Part shown: piece by piece, positions 11,175 through 21,133 of the stretch | How positions within the stretch are numbered: position 1 is the stretch's first letter | Layout: every line of letters begins with the position of its first letter | Notes under the pieces: model-generated | The model's database searches: none | Seen by the model: only the letters and a program-made list of their open reading frames with translations | Told to the model about the DNA's origin: nothing | Made by a program: the position numbers and the translations under genes | DNA from: Schmidtea polychroa | Lineage: Eukaryota | Length of the DNA: 64,000 nt | Reading direction: 5' to 3' | Assembly (NCBI GenBank): GCA_044892525.1 | Contig: CM097885.1 | Coordinates: forward strand, 53,074,001-53,138,000

Positions 11175-12060
11175 AACATATGGAATAAATGATTTATGGC
11201 AAATGGATTTGATGGAGATGATACCCTATTCGAAAATTAACAATGGGTATAAATATATTTTAACATGTATTGATGTATTCAGTCGGTTTGCCCGAGCAAT
11301 ACCCGTCAATGCAAAATCTGCAGATGAAATGTCCAAAGCTGTTAATCATTTATTTAAAGATGGACATCCTAAAAACTTGCAAACTGATTTAGGTATTAAT
11401 ATTATTATTTTTATTATTATTATTATTATTTTAGGTAAAGAATTCTACAACAGTAAAGTCAAGCAAATCCTCATTAAATTGAAAATAAACCATTACTCAG
11501 TACATTCTCAATACAAAGCTGCTCATGTTGAAAGATTTAACCGAACTTTGAGAGATAGATTAAAGAAATTATTCGTGCATCAAGGTAATAAAAAATGGGT
11601 ATTGGTTTTACCAAAAATAATAACCAGTTATAATCACTCATCACATCAAGGACTGAATGGATTAAGGCCGATTGATATCACGTCAAAAACAATCTATTCT
11701 AAAAAACCTGAAAAAATTACAAAACCGAAATATAAAGTAGGTGACCATGTTAGAATTAGTAAAATTAGTGCATCACCATTTATTAAAAATTTCGATACAA
11801 ATTGGAGTGATGAAGTCTTTGTAATTTCAAAAATAAATACTAAACAGAATCCTGTAATGTATGTCATCAAAGACGATGATAACAATATTGTACAAGGAAA
11901 ATTTTATGAACAAGAATTACAAGTTATTCCTCCCCCAAAAGTATTTAGAATTCAGAAGATTTTGAAAACTAAAAATAAAGGCAAGGATAAACAATACTAT
12001 GTCAAATGGCATGGTTATCAAAACCCATCATGGATATCAGAAAAGGATCTAGTAAAGTGA
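11005..12060 (+). CDS. Retroviral-like (rve) integrase with C-terminal chromodomain; 42-nt intron at 11393-11434
   Basis: DDE residues in WQMDLMEM, LQTDLG|KEFYN and HVERFNRT; YYVKWHGY..SWI chromodomain; likely ATG at 11005. Confidence 0.95.
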   Translation: MEKIWTNPEDEAGFGGVAKLNKRVPNSKKETQKWLSDQLAYSLNKPMRKRFPTRAYKTYGINDLWQMDLMEMIPYSKINNGYKYILTCIDVFSRFARAIPVNAKSADEMSKAVNHLFKDGHPKNLQTDLGINIIIFIIIIIILGKEFYNSKVKQILIKLKINHYSVHSQYKAAHVERFNRTLRDRLKKLFVHQGNKKWVLVLPKIITSYNHSSHQGLNGLRPIDITSKTIYSKKPEKITKPKYKVGDHVRISKISASPFIKNFDTNWSDEVFVISKINTKQNPVMYVIKDDDNNIVQGKFYEQELQVIPPPKVFRIQKILKTKNKGKDKQYYVKWHGYQNPSWISEKDLVK

Positions 12061-13073
12061 ATTTTTATACTATTTTACCAAGCAATAGTTGCCCGCTTAT
12101 TCATCCAGATAATCAAGCCAGTAAATTCATGGTCAATCTCCAGAATCCGATTTCTTTAAATGGGGACTGGGAAGTTGCACTGCAAGATTTTACATTCGTG
12201 TACAATACATTCCCATTTTATAGTCAATGTAAGATTGATTTCAAAAGGAATGCTATGAAAACATGTAGTGGTATCTTTATTATCAGTAATTATGATAAAA
12301 CATATCATATTCCGAATCAAATATTAGATCAGCACTGCTCTATGTTTTACAATGATGGATTAAATATCAGTTGTGATTTTAAACCATTTACAATAACATT
12401 CGAATATATTGAAGATGCCAGACGAATGGGTTGCAATAAGTTGAAAAATGAAGTTATGGAAACAGAATATTTATTACGCTTTGATCTATTTGAAGCAAAC
12501 AGTGTAATGAGAGAAGAAATCAAAATTTCAGTGTCGTATAATAATGAAGTTGAAGAATCATTCACCTTCGCTGACGAATTATATATTGATAAACTTGATG
12601 TGTTACTTAAATATTTAAAGTATAATTGTTCACACATATTTAAAAGTTTGGATATTGTGAAAGATTTGTTATTTACTTTCAGTTTGAATGATGACATTTG
12701 CGAAGTTACATTTGATAAAAATTTGACAAATACACTTGGATTAGAGAAGCAGCAATATCGGGAAAAATCGGCTGGTATACGTAAACCAAGAATACTTGAA
12801 CATCATCAACAAATGTTCATATATACTAATATTATTGAGCCTATAATAGTTGGTGATTCCAGTGTTCCTCTATTGAAATCGGTGTGGATTGGAAAATATG
12901 AACATGATGAAGTTGTCAATATAAATATAGATAATCCCATGTATTTACCAATTTCAAGCTCATGTATAAACAATATAGAAATAAATATTCGTGACGATAG
13001 TGGAAAACTTATAAACTTCCCAAAAGACTCAAAAACTCATTTGACACTACATTTTCGTAAAGTAGATGGCTAA
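12006..13073 (+). CDS. Minor capsid (penton/PZ-like) protein
   Basis: N-terminal FYTILPSNS..F.VNLQNPISLNGDWEVAL and C-terminal MFIYTNII..IVGDSSVPLL..IEINIRD..G..LTLHFR. The conserved part starts near a GTG at 12057. Confidence 0.88.
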   Translation: MAWLSKPIMDIRKGSSKVNFYTILPSNSCPLIHPDNQASKFMVNLQNPISLNGDWEVALQDFTFVYNTFPFYSQCKIDFKRNAMKTCSGIFIISNYDKTYHIPNQILDQHCSMFYNDGLNISCDFKPFTITFEYIEDARRMGCNKLKNEVMETEYLLRFDLFEANSVMREEIKISVSYNNEVEESFTFADELYIDKLDVLLKYLKYNCSHIFKSLDIVKDLLFTFSLNDDICEVTFDKNLTNTLGLEKQQYREKSAGIRKPRILEHHQQMFIYTNIIEPIIVGDSSVPLLKSVWIGKYEHDEVVNINIDNPMYLPISSSCINNIEINIRDDSGKLINFPKDSKTHLTLHFRKVDG

Positions 13074-13428
13074 TTCCGATATTATTAGTATGTATAGTGA
13101 TAGCCAATCCGGTGGTGAATTACCATATTTTATTGGTAAACAGTATGGATCAGGTTGGTTAAAAACAATAGGGAGATTTGCACTTCCCATTCTTAAACGT
13201 ATTGGTAGTTTTGGCATGAAAACTGCAAAAGATGTGATTATGAATGAACAGAAAATATTACCATCCCTAAAAACAAATGCTTTAGCTGAGTTAGGGAAGG
13301 TTCTACCTGGAGTTGCTGGTATGTTTCAAAAAGATACACCTCCAGTCCCAGCTCCAAAACGTAAAGGGCATGGAATATCGCGTATAAACAAACGAATGAA
13401 AGGACATGGAACTATATTTGCAAAATGA
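13066..13428 (+). CDS. Maverick core/membrane-active-type protein between the capsid genes
   Basis: QSGG and QYGSGW motifs followed by amphipathic LKTIGRFALPILKRIG; basic tail; position between minor and major capsid genes. Confidence 0.75.
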   Translation: MANSDIISMYSDSQSGGELPYFIGKQYGSGWLKTIGRFALPILKRIGSFGMKTAKDVIMNEQKILPSLKTNALAELGKVLPGVAGMFQKDTPPVPAPKRKGHGISRINKRMKGHGTIFAK

Positions 13429-14648
13429 TTTGTGGTAAATCCGAATTATGTATATTTGATAGACCGTCGCCCCAGGCAGTAATAGAATTTGGTGCCTTTG
13501 AGGAAGTTTTTCCTATGAATTCAATTACTGATAGTAGAAATGATATCGAGTTTTATATTAATGGTTCGCAAACTGAATATTTAGATTTGAACGATACTTT
13601 ATTGACTGTTCAGATCAAGGTTGTAGATAAAGATAGAAAGGTTTTGGATGTCAATGCGTATGTATTACCAAACAATTTCATGTTTCATACTCTGTTTAAA
13701 GATGCAGTGTTGGGATTTAATAATATCAAGATTGAGGGTGGAAATAATACATTCATTCACAAGGCTTTGATAGAAACTATTTTAAATTACAATTCAGATA
13801 CTAAAAATACCTGTCTTACACCTATGGGTTATGCAGCAGCAGATGATGAAAGAAAAAAGTGGGTTAAAGGCTCAAAAGTATTCACTATGTGCTCATCATT
13901 ACAACTTGATTTTATGGATCAACCGAAATATTTACTACCGGGAGTTAATATACATATTAGACTGAAAAGATCTGATTCTGCATTGTCTCTTACTAGTGCA
14001 ACTGGTGCACCAATATGTCAATTAGTTGATGCAAAATTATTGGTGAGAAGAGTTCGAGTAGACCCGTCAGTATTAGCTGGTCATCAATTGGGGCTTAATT
14101 CAAAACATGCAATTTATCCTTTAAAAACAAAGGAAATTGTACAATTTGCTATTGCTAAAGGTGCTTCATCATTCTATAAAGAACAAATATTTGGTGACAG
14201 AAGAATGCCTAATTTTATTCTGGTAACATTTCAAAGTGAAACGCAATATAATGGATCGTATACTGCTTCCAGCTCAATTTTCAAAAATTTTGGTGTTACT
14301 TCATTGACTTTATCGAAAAATACTGATTATAGAGAAACATATACTCAAGATTTCGAGAATGATAATTACTGTGCGACATATATGCAGAGTATTGTTAGAA
14401 ATCTGGGTTATTTAGATAAAAACTTGAATTGCGGCATAACTCTTGAAGAATTTAAAAGCAAATACCCATTTTTCACATTTGTTCTAGCTCCCGATTTTGA
14501 TTTAAATCAGAGTCAATTACCACAAAACGGGAATTTACGACTGGATATAAAGTTTGCAAAGGCCATTACTGAACCAGTACATGTTATAATATATGGAGTA
14601 TTTGAAAATGAAGTTCAAATTACTGCAAATAGAACCGTGCTAGTATAA
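13425..14648 (+). CDS. Major capsid protein (double jelly-roll, PY-like)
   Basis: CGKSELCIF, IEFYI, YLDLNDTLL, QPKYLLPGV.I.IRL and GNLRLDIKFA motifs; intact 407 aa. Confidence 0.93.
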   Translation: MICGKSELCIFDRPSPQAVIEFGAFEEVFPMNSITDSRNDIEFYINGSQTEYLDLNDTLLTVQIKVVDKDRKVLDVNAYVLPNNFMFHTLFKDAVLGFNNIKIEGGNNTFIHKALIETILNYNSDTKNTCLTPMGYAAADDERKKWVKGSKVFTMCSSLQLDFMDQPKYLLPGVNIHIRLKRSDSALSLTSATGAPICQLVDAKLLVRRVRVDPSVLAGHQLGLNSKHAIYPLKTKEIVQFAIAKGASSFYKEQIFGDRRMPNFILVTFQSETQYNGSYTASSSIFKNFGVTSLTLSKNTDYRETYTQDFENDNYCATYMQSIVRNLGYLDKNLNCGITLEEFKSKYPFFTFVLAPDFDLNQSQLPQNGNLRLDIKFAKAITEPVHVIIYGVFENEVQITANRTVLV

Positions 14649-15060
14649 ATGTATACAGAAACACCAAAAAGTTGTCATGGAGTAAGTTTTTCAATACTGT
14701 TTAATTTATTAAAGTAGTTCTGTTCAGGTCAATAGAATTGGAAAACAGATATTGGGAAATGAATTTGTAGGAGTTTTCCTTCTCGATAAAATCCCATATT
14801 TGAGCAATAATCAAGCCATAATCGTCAATACTCAATCGTCTCATCTTGGTGGAGAACATTGGATTGCTATATATGTGAAACCTAGTAATATATTCGTGTT
14901 CGATCCTATGGGTTTCTATTACCCTGCTTTGTTGGTATCAAAACTACAAACAATGGGGAAACCTATTGTATATAATAAAACAATGTTTCAAAATCCCTTG
15001 ACACAAACATGCGGTCAACATTGTTTAGCTTGGTTGTTGTATAAAAAATTTGATGATTAA
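14649..15060 (+). CDS. Adenain-type cysteine maturation protease, two exons (14649-14681, 14728-15060)
   Basis: FVGVF, IVNT, GEHWIA, FDPMG, FQ and TCGQHC catalytic motifs. ATG directly follows the MCP stop; a GTAAGT..CAG 46-nt intron restores the frame. Confidence 0.88.
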
Positions 15061-15090
15061 TAAATGTATTTTGTATCCTTTGTTGTTGTT

Positions 15091-15121
<31 letters not shown>

Positions 15122-15197
15122 TTATTTTATTAATATTATTATTATTTTATTATTATTATTATTATTATTATTAATATTATTAATATTATTATTATTA

Positions 15198-15257
<60 letters not shown>

Positions 15258-17162
15258 GATTTTTAAGGGGGTGTTTAAAATGGTAGAAATATTTGGTGAG
15301 GAATCGGTTATGGTGGAAATGTTTGAAATCTCTATTTAAATCGACAATGTTCTTATTGGTAAAATTTTAAAGGGAAATAGTCAGTATTTAGCTATGAATT
15401 AATAATAGTTCCTGTGAAATTATATCGTTTTAGAGGTTTATTAGGTTGTGATGAATGTCATTGCACAGTAATTTAGATTTATGTTTTAGAACCAGTTTTT
15501 TATTAATTATCCACTGTTTTATTAAGTCTTTTAGGGTTAATGATCAATTTACTTGGTTTTCACAATGAAATATTTGAAATCTTTAGAATTAATTGGGATT
15601 GATATCAAAGGTTATTGCTTTAAATTATTTTACTTAAGAAGTTATTTTATTCATTGTGGGGACATCAGTGACAAAACTTGAGAAATATTGACTTAAAAGT
15701 TGGAAATCGACAACGGCTAAAGGAAATTGATCTTTATTGAAGGAATTTTATGATTTTAATTAGAAATTAAATCGGTTGAATATCAGTTAATCTATTGAAG
15801 GAATATTGTTATCGGATGGATAAGTGATATTTTGCCAAATTACCTTTGCTAAATATTATTTTAAATCACTAAAAATGAGAAAATTAAGCACTATTCATAA
15901 ATTTATCGCACAAAATATCCATGTTTTGGTTACTCAAACATCTTAAATTTCTCGCAAAGATATATTACGTCTAATGATCATCTAATTAAATTAGAAAAGA
16001 ATTGTTACTTTATATTTTTAACTAATAAGCACCTTATTTGGTTAAATGATAACCATATTTCTATTATGACTCCTTTAAATATTTTTGCCTCAAACAAATT
16101 TACTCCAAATGATAAAGAATTTAAAATTATCAATGAATAAAGACCATGTTTTTCTCATATTATTAACTATTGTAACGAACATTAGATGAATAAATTAATT
16201 TTTGCTTTAAATGACTACAAAGTTAACCAATAAATTAGTCGCTCGACATAAGTGTAAAGTTACATTTAAAATATTCACGATCATCTCACTAAATTACCTA
16301 AGAATTTCTAAATGATTAATATTGCGACATGTTGAGTGTGACCAGTACCCTTGCTAGCAATACCCATAGGGGGACAGAATATTTTGTCGGATAAACTCGG
16401 TGTATATGGTCTTTATTGATATATCAAAATACTGTTATTTATAAATTAACTAAAAATACTCAAAAATACTATATTATTTTACTGAATGATACCTTAAATG
16501 TTTTTAATATACATATTTCTAAAATAAATCAACAGTTCAAACCAACAACATGTATGGATGACCACCCATTGTTAATTTATTTCCAGTGTCACGTCCCTCA
16601 AAAATACCGTGAGTGTTTAAAGAAAGCTGAGCTAAAAGAAACTTTCCAGATAACAACTCTCCTGAATGTTTTGAACAAAAATGAGCGAAATTGAGAACAA
16701 ACGATTAGATGGCGATTAACTTCTGGCCACAACCCTAACAACATGAAAATTAAGATTTTAATTATTGAATTCGTTGTTTCCTGCATGGAAATACTAACAG
16801 AATATTTTTTAATTCAAAAAATCTTCATTATAAATTTTTGAATTTAAAAAATTAAATGAAGGATATATAAGTGTACATAATATTATAATATTATATAAAA
16901 TTATACTGTATTTATTAATAAATTTAGAATACATAAAATTATAATATTATAATATTTTATAAATACTATATAATAATGTTTAAATATGCTTAAATAACTA
17001 AATTGTTTAAATATGATTAAATACTAAATTTAAATTATTTAAATTTAAATTAATTAAATATAATTATGATATAACTTTATTTCTTTCGTTTTAGTATCCA
17101 TAAAGTAAGTAAATAAAGAATTTACTACAATATTTTAATTATTTTACTTAGTAATGAAGAAA

Positions 17163-17420
17163 ATGAATTATATGATTATGAAGAAGATGAGTCAGACAAA
17201 ATGGTGAAACACTAAAAGACTTATGTTCTGGATTTAGAGATTTCTTATTAAAACATGAATTATGTGATTATGAAGAAGATGAACCAGACAAAATGGTGAA
17301 ACACTAAAGGAGTTATAGTTTTTAGATTTAGAGATTTCTTATTAAAACATGAATTATATGATTATGAGGAAGATGAACTAAATGGTGAAACACTAAAGGA
17401 GTTATGTTCTGGATTTTTTA
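17163..17420. repeat. About 3 tandem copies of a ~90-nt unit
   Basis: ATGAATTAT.TGATTATGA.GAAGATGA...AATGGTGAAACACTAAA repeats at ~17163, ~17254 and ~17349. Confidence 0.85.
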
Positions 17421-18574
17421 AATGAATTAGCTGATTGTAGGTGTCCTTCAACATGAATGTTTACTTATCAGACTTAAATTATGTAAACTTTCTTTCAACG
17501 AATGTCAAGAAAAATGGGAAAACCGATGTTTTAACAATTAGATATTGTAAAATATTTGTTACACCTGAAGAATATTATTAATAATGTAAGACATGAATTA
17601 ATTCTTTAAAATAAATATATTATATTTAGGTATCTGTGTTTTATGGTGGGAAATGTCATTGAAAAAGTATACCACAAATAACAGTTGCCTAATAGTCAGG
17701 TAGAATTTAATTTCTGACGATAAAATGATAAATAACATCTGTAAGTTAATGGCTTTTAAATTTTAGCAATGATAGTTGACACCGCATCAGAAACTAAGAA
17801 ATACGTCCAATTTGCAAGATGTATTCCAAATGGCCTGATGGAGATGATAATTTTGAGATAGATTACCAGCAGAAGAGCGAGAAAAATTTGTAAATTAAAT
17901 ATAATAGGGTTGGGTGGGTCCTCTTTATCCCTTAATTAATATATATTTACAAGCTGATCGTCGTGGTGGGCGGTTGTAATCTAACTAGTGGGAGGCCTCT
18001 GTAAATATATATTTGTGTTAGTGAAAACATTAATTAATTTGGTTATAGTGCCAATGACGCATGTATTTTGAAATTATATGTTTCGAATGTGCTGGTAGTT
18101 GACTACCCATGCTAGGCGTAATGTTCCGTACGGAAAGCTATAATGCCCAGGTTCTTCTGACCCCACTTGGGGAAGGCACAGACGACCCTTGTGGACGCGA
18201 ACAAATATCCACCGTGTCTTTCAGGCACAGATATTTGGTCACTGCTCATTAGGCCTGGCAATAATAAATGCATAAACTTTGCCTTGTCCTCTCTTGTCTT
18301 GATTTTTATCGTTTAAATAGTGTGTGTGATAAGTTTTATTTACTAACCCTAATTAATATACCCTTGCGACATGTTGAATGTGAGTAGTACCTTTGTGAGC
18401 AATACCCTTAGGGGGACAGAATATTTTGTCGGATAAACTAGGAGTATATACACCCATGTTAAACAAGGTATGTGTATATAGAATGTATGTATAAAATTAT
18501 CGCTCCATATTGACAACTTCCTGTAAAGGCAAACACAGAATACTGCAAACATAATAATACTCTACCCCATAACT

Positions 18575-18766
18575 TAGTGTGTAAAAATTATTTAAGGTTT
18601 TTTCACTAATAATAATAATAATTATAATAATAATAATAATAATAATAAAGTTTAATGGATTGTATATGTGTGTAAAAAATATTTGAGGTTTTCACGAATA
18701 TTGTTACAAATAATTGTTAATGGGTTGTGTGTGTGTGTGTAAAAATATTTTAGGTTTTTAATATTG

Positions 18767-18840
<74 letters not shown>

Positions 18841-19354
18841 GTTTAATGGGTTGTATATGCGTGTAAAAAATATTTGAGGTTTTCACGAATATTGATAATA
18901 ATAATGGTTTATGAGTGTTTTTATGTTTTTGACTAATATTTGCAATAATAATAATGGTTAATGGGCTGTGTGTGTGTGTGTGTGTAGAAAATATTTTAGG
19001 TTTTCACTAATAATGATAATAATAATGGTTAATGGTTGTGTGAGTGTAAATAATATTTTAGGTTTTTGACTAATATTTGCAATAATAATAATAATAATAA
19101 TAAGTTTAATGAGTTGTATGTGTGTGTGTAAAAATATTTTAGGTTTTTAATATTGATAATAATAATAATGGTTAATGGGTTGTGTGTGTGTGTAAAAAAT
19201 ATTTTAGGTTTTCACTAATAATGATAATAATAATGGTTAATGGGTTGTGTGTGTGTGTGTGTGTGTAGAAAATATTTTAGGTTTTTAATACTGATAATAA
19301 TAATAATGGTTGAGGGGTTGTGTGTGTAAACCATATTTTAGATTTTTCATTAAC

Positions 19355-19423
<69 letters not shown>

Positions 19424-19425
19424 TC
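18575..19425. repeat. Compound minisatellite: (AAT)n-GGTTAATGGGTT-(GT)n-AAAATATTTTAGGTTTT
   Basis: About 10 degenerate tandem units. Confidence 0.9.
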
Positions 19426-19785
19426 CCGCGCGTGTTAATACTTTAAAAGAAAATATTGAAAATTTAAAAAATAATAATATTTATGCAAAGCATGTGCAAT
19501 AATTATGTCTTTGTTAATTAAGTAAACTTTAGTGTCAAAATAAGTTTTTAAAATATTTTTAAATTTAAAATACCGCAACTTAATATATTTTTGTTCTACC
19601 CCTTCATTGATTTAAGTTGGTCAGAATTTAATAATAATTATATTATACCCTTTGAGACATGTTGAATGTGAGTAGTACACCTTTGACCATAACCCATATG
19701 AGCAATACCCATAAAGGGATAGAATATTTTGTCGGATAGATTAAGAGTATATATGATAATAATATTCCCCGTGCGCGTAATAATA

Positions 19786-19849
<64 letters not shown>

Positions 19850-19897
19850 TGAACTTGTATTTGAAATAATAATAATAATAATTTACGACATATTGAG

Positions 19898-20000
19898 TGT
19901 GAGCAGTACCCTTGTGACTTGTTGAATGTGAGTAGTACATTTGTGAGCAGTACCCATAGGGGGACAGAATATTTTGTCGGATAGACTCGGTGTATATATG

Positions 20001-20072
<72 letters not shown>

Positions 20073-21133
20073 CTTAGAAAATAATAATATGTAATCAACG
20101 ATTTAAACAAAATTATATTATTACGTATTCTATAATTAAAACAAAAGAATTATATAATCAATAATTTAAACAAAATTATATAATCATCTTTAATTAAAAC
20201 AAAATTATTAATTCTAAAAATATTAGGCATCGTTCTAAAAGTATGATGTAATCATTCTAAAAATATTTGGCATCGTTCTAAAAATATTTGGCTTCGTTCT
20301 AAAAGTATGACGTAATCGTTCTAAAAATATTAGGCATCGTTCTAAAAGTATTACGTAATCATTCTAAAAATATTAGGCATCGTTCTAAAAGTATGACGTA
20401 ATCGCTCTAAAAATATTAGGCATCGTTCTAAAAATATTTGGCATCGTTCTAAAAATATTAGACATCGATTACGTAATAGTTCTAAAAATATTAGGCATCG
20501 TCTAAAAGTATTTGGCATCGTTCTAAAAATATTAGGCATCGTTCTAAAAATGTGATGAGTCATTGTCTTTGTTCTAAAAATGTGATGAGTCATCGTATGA
20601 TAAAAATCTATATCTCATTAGAAAGTTCTTGCACAGAGCTTTAAAATAAGCTATCGATCAATATAATATGTTGGCGGGAACAATAATTTTTGGGATGAAA
20701 AAAAGTAGGTCCCCGCTGGATCACTTAATAATATTTTGACAAATAATAATAATTTAACGTTGAAAAGATGGTGGTCATCAATTGTTAATAACATTAAAAC
20801 TATTAAAGATATATAAGATACCTATAGCTCATTCGAAAGGTCTTGGACTGAGCTTTAAGATGAGGTATCGTTCAATAAAATTTGTTGGCGGGAACATTAC
20901 TTTTGGGAAGAAAAAAAGTAGGTCACCGCTGGACCAATTAATTTAAAAAAAATTACGTAATAGTTCTAAAAATATTAGGCATCGTTCTAAAAATATTAGG
21001 CATTGATTACGTAATAGTTCTAAAAATATTAGGCATCGTTCTAAAAAAAAAAATAAAATTTTTCAGACCGGGGGGGGAGGGGGTATATGTGATCTGGAGG
21101 GGACCTGATCTGGCGGGGACACATCCTACTACT
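19898..21133 (-). repeat. Right terminal inverted repeat of the Maverick
   Basis: Reverse complement of 6797-8183 with fewer tandem units and scattered substitutions. Confidence 0.93.

Larger units (their letters stand above)
6797..21133. mobile_element. Maverick/Polinton-type endogenous virus, 14.3 kb, no recognisable pPolB
   Basis: Begins AGTAGT (6797), ends ACTACT (21133); perfect 6-bp TSD AACCAC at 6791-6796 and 21134-21139; long TIRs; ATPase, rve integrase, two capsid proteins and adenain protease. Confidence 0.96.

Noticed and set aside
12347..12697. Antisense ORFs over capsid, transposase and pol genes
   Set aside because: Shadow frames of real genes on the opposite strand.
15250..16800. 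Possible decayed polymerase or other gene in the Maverick right arm
   Set aside because: Only short frames and no pPolB motif recognised by eye; needs an HMM search.
17990..18270. GC-richer patch with scattered Cys/His, possibly a decayed RING finger
   Set aside because: Requires several frameshifts; not supportable.
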